From contig NC_092379.1 in NCBI RefSeq assembly GCF_030028105.1, positions 24,545,821 through 24,609,820 of the forward strand: a stretch of 64,000 nucleotides of DNA, read 5' to 3'. Source of the DNA: Mobula birostris. Its lineage: Eukaryota. Position 1 is the first letter of the stretch. Each line of letters opens with the position of its first letter. Both the position numbers and the translations under genes were made by a program. A model generated the notes under the pieces. That model was not told the origin of the DNA. It saw nothing but the letters and a program-made list of their open reading frames with translations, and made no database searches. Positions 11,068 through 22,338 of the stretch are shown here, one piece after another.

Positions 11068-12299
11068 TTCTCAGAACGTCACCCTGAGATTGTTTTCTTT
11101 CGCTTTAACACTTCGCATTAAAGTCTGTGATCTATCGACCTGCTTCAGCATTTCTCACTTTGCACCTGGGCCATATCCGCACAGGGTGGCATGCAGTTTC
11201 TTCACTGAACCCACAAGATTTAATGTCTTCCAGTCCAATGCCGCATCATTCTACTGTTTTATATTGATATCATCTACGCATTTTCCTTCCATGCCTTCTC
11301 GACTATATTGTGTCAATTAAGCAGACGCATCATGATGTGGCTAATTTTGATTTTTCTGGCAAGCAGTTGTAATTTCCTTTTCACACATCAAAGTGACCTG
11401 CGATTAAGATACAATTTCATATCACCTTAATCATGTGGCCCTTCCACCCAACTTTTGACTTTGTTGATCATTCTGTCAGACGTGACTTGCCTTTGCCTTT
11501 TGACAATTGCAGTCGCACGTCCCTGTCCCTGGATTGCATTGGTTGGACAGCAGCATAACAGTAATCAGCTCAGGATACCTGAGTGTCTTTGTTTACTGAG
11601 GGTTTCCCTGTCAACACAGTTATTGAGGTGCGGATCATCGAGTGGAATTAATGAGATATTGGCATGGAGAAAATAACGTGAAACAGCCTCATCATACTCC
11701 TCCTGCTTTATGTCACTTGTGCTGAGAAATTCCTCTTAATAAAGCAGTGTAACTTCGTGAATTATGTACGCCTGACAGCTGAAGGTAGAATGCGTTTGAT
11801 TTCGGGTTCATGTCCTTGGCAAAGTGATATCGATGGTTAAAATATGTATGCTTTACAACAGACATCAGCCTTGAAGATACAGAGGAGCACTTGAAACCTA
11901 AAATGTTTTTGAAGATTGGCAACAGAAGAAGAAACACAACATGTATGCTGTTCTGTAATGGAAAGCTTCATCTGCATTACAGTCATCGAATACCTGGATA
12001 CAGAGAAGAAATATACAGGCAAGATAGCTGCCAGTCCCGTAGTTTTACGAAAAAAGTCGATGAAGAACATTTCTCCAGGAATGGAGACTGTGAAAGCGAG
12101 AAACGGCAGTTGCCAGACTTTTTTTTTTTTTTAATTTGCATTGTGTCCTGTTCTTAGCATCTCTGTGATCAAGGTCTACCCACTCCCAGTCTGTAGCAGC
12201 AATGCCTCATAGGCTGCCGACGTTGCTTCTAACCTCATGGCATGACCACATTTTTTTTTCTTATTTCTTCATTCTACTACTTCTCTCTTTATTCCATTC

Positions 12300-12685
12300 A
12301 GCACTCTGACTCTTGTCTTACACCTTGTCTTCTCTTCAGTTGCTCACCACCACCCTCTAGTAACCCGGCTCGCCTCCTTACTCGCATGATCCACTGATAT
12401 CTCCAATCAGATTACTTTGTCTGCTGCCCTTTAAGTTTTTCATTTATCACTTAACAGCTGCTCACCTAATTTTCCTATCCTCTCTCTAACCTTCTCCTTT
12501 GCCTCGTACAACATTGCACGCCTTCCCTTCACACAACTTATTTAGTTGGCTTATTCGTCCTTTGTTTCCTCGTCAAATGGAAGGTGCCGGCCCAAAATAT
12601 CAACCTTTTATTCCGCTCCATCGATGGTGCCTAACGTATTGAGTTCCCCAAACAGTTTGCCTGTGTTCCCCTGGATTTCCAGGAT
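12300..12685 (+). repeat. Highly decayed Penelope-type terminal repeat
   Basis: Pyrimidine-rich tract followed by a degenerate version of the 33720-33830 sequence (...ccggcccaaaatatcaac...gagttcccc...ctggatttcc). Confidence 0.45.
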
Positions 12686-12898
12686 ATAAACCATCTCTTG
12701 TGGTCACTTGACAATACGTTTATCGTTGACATTAATTTCCTCTGTCTGAAATACGATAAAAGAGTACGACAGTTCAGATCACATGGTGCTGAGAGGATGC
12801 AACACCTTCCGGTCACTAGGAGAAACATGCCCAAGAGTTTGCTCAGGGAAAAGGAAGAGATGGGTTTCGAATAAGCACATTGAACACTTATTTTCGAC

Positions 12899-15800
12899 TG
12901 TTACCTGTCCCGTGAGTATCTAGTGAATATGGTGTAATTGGCTTATGCTATTGGAATAATAAAATGGTCTGGTGCCATTAGAATGATATAGCTGTCTTGT
13001 GATTGTGGGGGGGGGGTGATATGATGTCACGTGATAGTATGTTCCAACTGCTGCTGAGTCATAACATTTGCGGGGGCTCGTCGTGATTTGAACCAATTTA
13101 AAGTTTAATTTGTTGATTAATTAACGATCTGATTGAAAAAGGGGGAACAACCGATTCCTTTTTTGATTGGTTTGTGTGTGGTAATCAGCAGCAATGGATA
13201 TTGACGGCTTTCTGTCGTCCCCAGCCCCGACGGTATTAGCGAAGTCGAAAAAAAGCTGATGTATTAGAGATCGCGAGAAGGTTGGACCATAAAGGAATAT
13301 CGACGGTTACAACTAAGCTAGTAATTCAGAGAAAAATGGCGGAACACTATATGCATTGCGGAGTTTTTGAAGAAGCAGAGCTAGGTAGGTTCCCTGTAAG
13401 TAAAGAAGCGATCCAGTTACACCTGGAACAAGTAGCGTTAGAGAAGCTTAGATTAGAAGCTGAGTTAAAACAGAAACAATCAGAAGCTGACTCGGAACGA
13501 ATTCGGTTAGAAACTGCAAATAAACAAAGGGAATTTGAAGCTAAAGAAGCAGAGAATAGAAGGATTTTGAGCTACTGATAACGCAGTTAATGTCCGAGAA
13601 TCAATCTTCTGGTTCTAGGAAACTGTTTCTTGCTATTCAGGAAATTAAATTCGTTCCTCCATTTAATAAGGTGGAAGTTGATAAATACCTCCAGCATTTT
13701 GAGACTGTTTCTCTGATTTCAGAGTGGTCGAAAGAAAAATGGCCAGTGCTTATACAAAGTGTAATTACAGGTAACGCACAACAGGTTTATACAACTGAAA
13801 CTGCTGAGTAAGCACGTGATTATGATACTGTGAAGCACTGTATACTTAAAACTTATGAAGTGGTTCCGGAAGATTATAGAGAAACATTTAGGAAATTGAA
13901 GAAATCTGTGAACCAAACTTATATTGAATTTGCCTGTGATATATGAGTGTGTTTTGAGTGATGGGTCAACTCTGAAAATGTGAGTTATGACTATGACAAC
14001 TTGAAAGAGTTGGTTATACTTGAGGAATTTAAAAGATGCGTCCGTTTTGACATAAGGATATAGTTGAATGAGAGGGACATTGCAGGAGTCTACTAAATTA
14101 GCAGAGGAGTATGCTTTCATCCATAAGAGTAAATTTACTACGAGTAAAACTTTCTAAAAAGTAGCCTGGATAATCAGGGTAACCCAGAAAGTAAATAAGA
14201 AGCTCGTGATAACGGTAAGAATGAAGGGAAGCAAGTGAAGGAAAAAATATGTTGGTCTTGATTGTTACTGTTGTAAGAAACCGTGTCATGTTATGGCTAA
14301 CTGTTTCCATTTGAAGAAGAGGGAAAAGGAAGCAGTTCCAGATGTCTGCGTTGAACATTTCAAACGCCCAGAAACCTACAGGGTTCGGGACTTTCAAAGG
14401 AAGCTTTGTCAAGGTTTGACGAGTTTAAGAAACGATTCGATCATTTCATGTCAGAAGCATTTGTTTTGGTGAATAAAAGTTCCCCTCCGGTTCCAATATA
14501 AAAAAAAAATCTTCGGGATACTGGTGCTTATCAGTCACTAATGTTAGACAGTGTTCCAGAGTTTTATGATGTGACTGACAGGGGTGAGGTAAGCCTTATA
14601 CGAGGTACTGAGGGCAACCTTATGTCTGTACCTCTGCACAAAAGAGTTTAAAAGCCAGGATTAGCTTCAGAATCTGTTAAAGTAGGATTGCGACCCAGTT
14701 TAACGGTGGATGGTGTTTCTTTATTGTTAAAGAATGACCTAGCAGGAGGAAATGTTGTTCCTGCAGTGTAGATGACAACTAAGCCAATCGCCGTTGATCC
14801 AAAAAATGGATTCTAACATATATATATATATATCAGCTGTACAATAACCCGAACTATGAAATAAAAATGTCTGCCGAGATAGTGGATTCTGTGATCTGCA
14901 GATTAGTTTGTGTTTAGGGTTCTGTACAGCATGGGTCTTTTAAACAGGACAATCCAAATAAGGATTCTGAGTTTCATAATTTGTCAATAACTTTTCTACC
15001 TTCATTATTTGATCAAGGTCGTTGTAATAAATCTGAACTTAAATAAATTTCCTTGTCTTGGAAGGAGATTATAGTGGAGCAAAGCAAAGACACTGGGATT
15101 GCCACTTTAAGAGAGCAAGCTCGCCCAGGTAACAAGATTGCGAAGGTGCCAATAGGGTATTATTTCAAGAGTCGAGTATTAATGAGGACGTGGAGACCAC
15201 CTAAGATTCCTGCCAGCGAGGATTGGGCCGTTTTTCACCAGGTAGTGGTTCGGAAAGTTTATCAGAATGAAATGCTAACTTTGGCTGAAAATATAGCCTT
15301 GGCGAGACATTTTGGTATGAAGAAAACTGTGAACAGGGTTTTTAAACATTTTTATTGGCCTGGTTTGAAGACAGATGTGAAGACATTTTGCCGAAACTGT
15401 CACACTTGTCAGGTTGTAAGTAAACCTAATCAAGTCGCCCCAGTGGCCCCGTTACAACCAATTCCTGCATTTGGTAAGCTGTTTTCGAAAGTTATTGTAG
15501 ATTGAGTTGGTCCATTGCCAAAAACTAAAGCTGGCCACCAATATTTTCTGACTATCATGTGTACCGCATCTAGGTTTCCAGAAGCGATACCACTTATCCA
15601 AAGCAGTGACAAAGGCTCTCATAAAGTTCTTTACTTTATTTGGGTTACCTGGTCCAGGCAGTCATTTTATGTCTGGATTGTTCCTGCAGATAGTTTATAA
15701 TCTGGGAGCCAAACAGATTATACCGTCTGTGCATCATCCCGAATCTCAAGGGGCCTTAGAAAGGCTCCATTTTACCCTTAAAAAGTATGATTAGGAAGAT

Positions 15801-16962
15801 TTGTGCTGAACATGAGAAAGATTGGGATGAGGGAGTTTATTTCCTTTTGTTTGCAATATGTGAGACAGTACAGGTGTCCGTAGGCTTTAGTCACTTTGAA
15901 CTGTTCTTATTTTAACTTTACAAAAATATGATCTATTAGTAACTCACAGTAAAGGAAAAGATAATGTAACTGCCGACTGTTTGTCCAGATGTTGAACATG
16001 TAATGTACTTCTGATATTGTGTTTAGACTCTTGTCATGTGTTATATTACTTGTAGAGCACTGTATGATAAATGTATGTGTATTGTGCAATTTTGTAAAAT
16101 TTATATAGTTATATATTCTGTTAATTCCACTGAAAATTTTGATCTTGTTAGATCAAAATGTTCTTATCTTGGAGCGAGGCGTTACCTCTCCCGTGAGTTT
16201 CTGGTGAATATGATGTAATTATCTTATGCTATTGGAATTATATAATGGTGAATGCCATTAGAATGATGTAATTGTCTTGTGATAGTGGAGTGATGTGATG
16301 TCACGTGATGGCATGTTCTAACTAGTATATAAGGGGATACTGCAGTTATTCCGTAGTTCCTTTTGGTGTGAACTCGCCGTCGGTAGTTACGCCATCTGAG
16401 AAGAAGAGAGAGTAACAGTGAGGAATCCGAATGAACTCGAGAAGGACTGGTGTTAACCAGCGATATTCGGCGCACTTAAGTTGTGACTGACATTCTGACA
16501 TTTAGAACCGTACGTTCGTCGCACGCACTTTTTGTTAACACTTACACAGTTTGGGTTGTGCGATGACCACTTCCGTCAGAAGGGTCAGTTACTTTGAGAA
16601 CTCGTATTCTGCGTCATAACTTCGGGGAAAAAAAAAAAAAAAAGTATTTCTCGGCTGGAACTGGCGTCCGCAGTTTCGACTTCTCTTCATCGCGAGGTTC
16701 GGGAAGTCTCCCCTCTCAGTTATTGCAGAAATCATATGGACTTATTAAACTATCACCTTAAGACTGGAATTAAATGGGATCTGTTGAGAATCGTCCTTAA
16801 GTTCGATCGTTTGATATCTATAGAATCATAACGCTGTTCACATCCAGTGAAGTAAATCGATTCGTTTACAGTTCCATGCTAATGTGAGTAGAGGTTAATA
16901 AATGTTGTTTATTTTATAAAATGTCGACTCAAATTTATCTGTATTGATGCTGAGTCATAACA
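12899..16962 (+). mobile_element. Gmr1-like Ty3/Gypsy LTR retrotransposon, defective (gag-PR-IN, no RT)
   Basis: 5' LTR 12899-13066 (TG...CA, internally deleted); tRNA-Pro-like PBS GGGGGCTCGTC at about 13072; gag (FVPPF...YLQHFE...W), CCHC-like knuckle about 14260-14310, protease LRDTGA 14511, integrase zinc finger (H...WPG...CxxC) and core 15053-15800; PPT then 3' LTR 16180-16962; flanks CGAC/AGAC. Confidence 0.85.
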
Positions 16963-18830
16963 AGACAATTAGTAAAACATTCTACCAAACACGTAAATCA
17001 CCCAATATTGAACACACTCCGACACTTAATAGTCAGTTACACTTCAAACTCAACAGGTAATTCATGAAGTCTCCTCGTGTACACGACTAAAATGCTAAAA
17101 TAACATCAACATACTGTTATCTAAGTGTGCGCATGGGCCCTACTATATCCAGAGTATATTTTTCCAATGGTACTTTAACACTATTCGCAACCTCCGTTTG
17201 AAGATGAGCCTCTGGAGAGAAAGGAAAACAAGCGAGTCTCTTGAACGTGCTACTCATATACCCACGAGTCGCCAGAAACAGAACCACTATGCCACAGCGA
17301 GCGGAGAAACCAAAGGGTGCTCCTCTATCCAACCGATAAAGCAATCAAAAACCAGCACCGTTGAAGCGGCTTCAACAGGCAAGTAGCTACGCTTTCACGG
17401 TACAGTTCTTGAATGAACTTGAAACATCGATAGAAGCGATAATCTCATCCGGATAGCCATCGTCTTTGGTCGACCTTGGTAGAACTGTGTCTCCTTTGCT
17501 CGACTCTTGGGCCTAGCGCTCTCGACAGATGGAATCCACAGCATTATAGTGAAGGATAGGGAATGGAGGAGCTGTATGTCGGTTTGCACATCAAAACACA
17601 AAATTTAGATATTTTTTTAACAATCGACGTTGACGCCAATTACCTCATATGCCTCGAACGCACTGCTGGAGGTGGTGGTTGTAGATAATAAAACATGGAC
17701 ATTGGAATCCTTCTAGATAAGGATTATCCAACCTGTGGTCCACAGACACCTTGATGAATGGTGGTGCTGCATGTCACAAAATGGTTTAGGTGCACCTTTT
17801 TCTAAATGAACGCTGGTTTAGAAACGGGAGATCACGGTAAAATAGCAAATTACGAATGCTGGAAAGGATTAGAGCACTCTGCGCATTCAATCCGATCCTC
17901 TCGGCATTAATATCATCTGACCACATATTAATGCTCCATTCCCATTTCCTAGATAATATTCACTCGCTATATTTCAGGAATATTTGAAACATTGCATTGA
18001 AACTATGCAAAGGACTATTCACGTAAGTTTCAAAAGAGACTTATTTCTATCGATTCTGGACTGTTGATGCACACAAACCAGAAAATAATTGCGGTTACTT
18101 CGTCAAGCTGAAATTCGTCGCGTGAATTCCGTTCCAAAACGAACGCATGTAAAGAAATTTGCATAATACATCGTGATCTTATATCGCTATGTCTGAACAC
18201 GACAACATTTTGGAAGCAGATTGAATGTGTTTTTCTGTTCACATCCCCTCCATCCATGTTCCAGCGCTGGAGAATAGACGATTCGTGGCGAAATGGTGGT
18301 ATCCACCAGGTCGGAATAAACTATTATGTTTATTATTATTATTATTTATTACTTTGTGAATCCAATAGCAGCCAAATGCTCATGCCATGGAAATCAGAGC
18401 TTGAACCATTCTATCTGTGCACTTCAAAACAATACAAAACAGACTTGTATTAATGTGTTTTCCCTGTGTACTCGCTCTTCTGCGTCAGTTGAAAAGGTTC
18501 ACGTTTTATTCAGTTGTTTGAGCGTAATGGAGCTGTAGTATCAGATAGCAGGTTTATGTATTCTGGGTAGAGTAAAACATAGTTAGTGGCAAATTAGTAC
18601 AAATTATTGCCTAGTGACCAATAGAGCTTCAGTGAGCATATGGACATGTGTCCATTTTTAAATTTTCAGCTCACCGGAAACATTGTAATGGAGCGGTTTT
18701 CTGGCAGACACATTCAGAAGCGAAAAGATTACAAGATGATAGCACGCGTCAGCAGCGACTTTTCTCACAGGCTAGTGGTTGGATGTACGAGATGACCACG
18801 GGAATCTTCAACTGGAGATCGACTATGTTG

Positions 18831-19025
18831 NNNNNNNNNNNNNNNNNNNNNNNNNNNNNNNNNNNNNNNNNNNNNNNNNNNNNNNNNNNNNNNNNNNNNN
18901 NNNNNNNNNNNNNNNNNNNNNNNNNNNNNNNNNNNNNNNNNNNNNNNNNNNNNNNNNNNNNNNNNNNNNNNNNNNNNNNNNNNNNNNNNNNNNNNNNNNN
19001 NNNNNNNNNNNNNNNNNNNNNNNNN
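18831..19025. other. Assembly gap (195 N)
   Basis: Run of N. Confidence 1.
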
Positions 19026-19369
19026 TCTTACTCATATTCTTCGCGTTAAAAATTATTGATTTTTGTCCTATGCTACTGTCCTTGTGTTTTGAAAGGAATT
19101 CTGTCTCTAATCCGTCTCACTGAGATAATTTTAACCATATCCTCCTGCTCTGTATCAGGGTGTAAGGGCGAAATAATTGCAGCATGACATATACTATTAT
19201 CAGTGAGTTGTTGTTTAGATATCGTTAACCTATTATTGTAGTTTTTGTCATATTTGATAGAACAGGAAAACCGCCTTTTAGAGTTGCCTACGTTATCTCT
19301 ACTACACACGTAGAGTGGAAAATGTATAGACAGACTGCAGCACGGTCTAGTATGGAAACATCAAGACCG

Positions 19370-20150
19370 TTGAACAGGAAATCGTACAAGAAGAACGAAT
19401 GGATTCAGCCCAGTGCATCATGGGTAAAACCCTTCTAAGCATTGAGCACATCGACATGAATAGCTCTACTTGAGTGTCTGTGCCTTGCATTTCGGTCCGC
19501 TCCCAACACCCCACATGTAACAGCTTGGGGTGAATTCCATGATCCCGAGGTGATTTAGGATATCTTGAAAGTGAATAATGCGCTCTTGCATGGAAGACGA
19601 GAAAACTGGATTGCCGTCCAAGTGAACTAAGGCGCATATCGCGGATCACATCTGTTATAAAGGCCAGGAATGCTGCAGGTGAGTTCGCAAAGCTGAAGGA
19701 CAAGACTCATAGCCAGCTGTCGATGTGTGGAATGCCGTCAACCACTCGCAACCCGCGTTTATGCGACTAGATTGTATACACTCTCAAGACTACCTGCGAG
19801 AATCCTATTGCCCCTTAGAGGATCATGAAGGCCATGTTCTTGAGTGGAAAATGGTAACGATTCTTGACCGTTATGTCATTCAGCCCTTTAGGCTCCCGTC
19901 ATTTTCCTGCAAGAAGAAACCAGCCGTTGCTAGGGAGATGGATGAGTCAATGGAAACCAGCACGAATATCATTGATATATTCCATAGCACTTCTCAACGA
20001 GATTGAAGGTGCGTATAATCGCTGACATTAAAGAGTGACGAAGACCTCCCCGTTTAGGCCACTCACTTAGGCCAAAGACATACACTTAAGAGCATACTTG
20101 GCAGCAGACCTAATGCCCTGACGGAATTTCATCAAAGGATCTGGAGTCGC
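19370..20150 (+). mobile_element. Decayed 3' ends of non-LTR retroelements (L2/Rex-like C-terminus)
   Basis: Broken translations such as DSAQCIMGKTLLSIEHI and IIADIK...RPLT.GQRH resemble the C-terminal tail of fish non-LTR RT ORFs; recognised from memory only. Confidence 0.4.
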
Positions 20151-20432
20151 TTTTGTTTTCCTGCGATGTGATGTAACACCTTCCTCATTTATTCCAGGAA
20201 TTCCTCCGAATCACCGAAAATATTCGACCTTTCCTCCAAATGCGTAGTGGCCCATGCCAGTGCTATGCAGATTAGGAGGCAGACCGTGAAGACCAACTTT
20301 CTGCACTCCGTAGGAAACCCGGCCTGGATGGAGTTCAAACAACATGGAACATTGAGTAAGGAAGTTACGGCAAGAACCGGGGTCACCAACGAATCTCACT
20401 GAGATCGTAAGAGAGAATGGCTTTCTTGAGAC

Positions 20433-21401
20433 TGTTACGTACCTCGTGCGTATCTTGTGACTGTCTTATGACCATGATATAATTGAGTATCTTATGAGCA
20501 TGATGTAATGGTCTTGTGATGGTGGGGTGATGTAATTTCCGGGCCAGTTGGGTCACGTGATGACATATTCTTATCAGGTATATAATGGGGAACAACAAAC
20601 AACAGGGTTGTTGACGAAGGGTCTCGGACTGAAACGTCGACTGTACCTCTTCCTAGAGATGCTGCCTGGCCTGCTGAGTTCACCAGCAACTTTGATGTGT
20701 GTTGATATAATGGGAAACCCCTGTTTTTTATGAGTTCAGTTTAGTTTAGTTCGTAAGTAACAGTACTCCGTTATGCTGCGTATTCGTCTCACGACGCAGT
20801 TTCGTTTTAAACCTGTGTTCTATTTTCTATTGTAAGGCAAAATCGTTGTGCCGACTATTTCGCACATCGCTGCCCGTTTTGTTTGGTATATTCGATTTAG
20901 CTTTACAGTAGTATTGGAGAGTGAAGAACTGACCAAAGTGCGGGCACCCAAGGGTCGAGTAAAGTTGGAGTCGTTCGGAGGTTTTAAAAAGGATCAACCT
21001 TATTGAATCTTTGTTCAGAAATAGTGACCTAAATCGGAGATAACCCCTATAAGAACAAAAAGGATGTGCAGTGTTCATTCACCGGGGAAAAAAAAAAGGT
21101 CAGTTCACTTAAGCCGTTTTAATTCCTTCGTCGTGAATCCTTTAGACAGAATCAGCCGCAACGTCACGTCTTCGAAGAAATCCGTTTGCAGATAAGTGTC
21201 TCCTTATTGACTGTGTAAATCACTTGGACTTTCGAATTTACCACTTTAAAAACTGTTCCGGAGTAGCCGTATAGCATTAACTTCAAGTTAAGTCAGTCGT
21301 TTGAATTTTTTTTTCGCTATTGTTGAGCAGAGTTCAATAAATGTTTGTTTCTTTATAATACCTGAACCAATTATATATTCATTGTTACTGTTCACGTGAC
21401 A
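20433..21401 (+). mobile_element. Solo LTR related to the Gmr1-like element LTRs
   Basis: TG...CA ends; shares TGTTAC...ATGATGTAAT...GTCTTGTGAT...TCACGTGAT and TATA/AATAAA layout with 16180-16962; flanks AGAC/AGAA. Confidence 0.7.
20607..20705 (+). repeat. Truncated Penelope-type hammerhead repeat inserted in the solo LTR
   Basis: TTGACGAAGGGTCTCGGACTGAAACGTCGACT...GATGCTGCCTGGCCTGCTG; the core C3 and stem II are mutated and the 5' stem-I strand is absent. Confidence 0.8.
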
Positions 21402-22338
21402 AGAAACCGAATCTTCCTCCAAGCGAGGCTCTCTTCCTCCCTCCGATAGTTGGCACAGGACATGGAGGTCGTGTACATCCAGATTCTGTTTTAATATTTT
21501 CTCCCTGTCGTTCAACACAACTAACGAAAGACTCTGATAGCAACCTGGGTAAATGCTGACTTAATCGTGTTGTGAGGAAAGCGCTTGACGAGAATGGTTA
21601 GTACACAAGTGCTGGATTATCGGAAACAGGGATCGAGGCTCGAAACGAGACTGAATCCAGAAATGAGTACAAAAGAAGACGCTGGTCGGTAGTACAAATG
21701 AGCTTACGATTATGCACAGCACCTTCGTTCAGGAGCTGTATAAATATTCATTCCTGGCGCCTAAACATGGCCAACAGTTCGCGGAACGCTGTGAATCTTT
21801 AAAAGGGGCATATCTGATATCCATATTCCGCAGAGTTCGAAAATCTTAGCCCCGTACGCTGGAGCGGTTGGGTGCGTTTGCTGACAGAATAGAGGAGCAA
21901 ATTTCCCCATTTACCAGTATTCTAAAACTTCGCTTATAGCTAACTTAAATTGAACTAAAACAATATTTGGTGTTATTATTATCTGCCAAATATATTACAT
22001 ACCTCGGTTTGCCCACATGTTTTCACTTTCAGACGAGGCTTAAACATTGTTTTACTTAATATCTCTAGGGATACATTTGCATTGTTTCCTTGACATACCT
22101 CATCATAGCCACAATAGCTTTCGGTCACCAAGGCCCGTTGAACTTAATATGTTTGACCTCATGGTAACTGGAACAGGCTGTTCCCGTACTGTTGGTATAA
22201 CGCTATTAAAAACAGGCTGGCTGTTCACTCCGCCCTTCAATACTATAATTGTACTGTAGAGGGATATAGTGATGCAGGATAATGGACGAAAATCATGTCG
22301 AATCATCAGTAGAGAAGTGCAATGTATGAAAATACATT

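Larger units (their letters stand above)
20165..21520 (-). mobile_element. Sushi/RTL1-like Gypsy gag relic interrupted by a solo LTR
   Basis: REPRL (about 21410-21440) on one side of the LTR; RFVGDPGSCRNFLTQCSMLFEL and ALAWATTHLEERSNIFGDSEEFLE on the other side; frameshifted. Confidence 0.7.

Noticed and set aside
11840-12100. FFRKTTGLAAILPVY...RYS...LSITE pattern resembling V FR2/FR3
   Set aside because: It lacks both Cys and Trp anchors, needs several deletions to fit, and has no RSS; likely chance.
17047-17300. Leader-like hydrophobic stretch, acceptor and G..TLR*QY...VY..P.EF pattern
   Set aside because: Spacing fits FR1/FR2, but Cys23 and Trp41 each need two substitutions, the implied intron is only 50 nt, and no FR3 continues beyond the LTR element.
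18770-18830. ISS...EDS-like minus-strand fragment beside the first gap
   Set aside because: Too short and frameshifted, with no YxC or RSS; cannot be judged until the gap is closed.
19058-19086. ACAAAAATC nonamer with CACAAGG at 13 nt
   Set aside because: Weak heptamer, off spacing and no adjacent coding segment.
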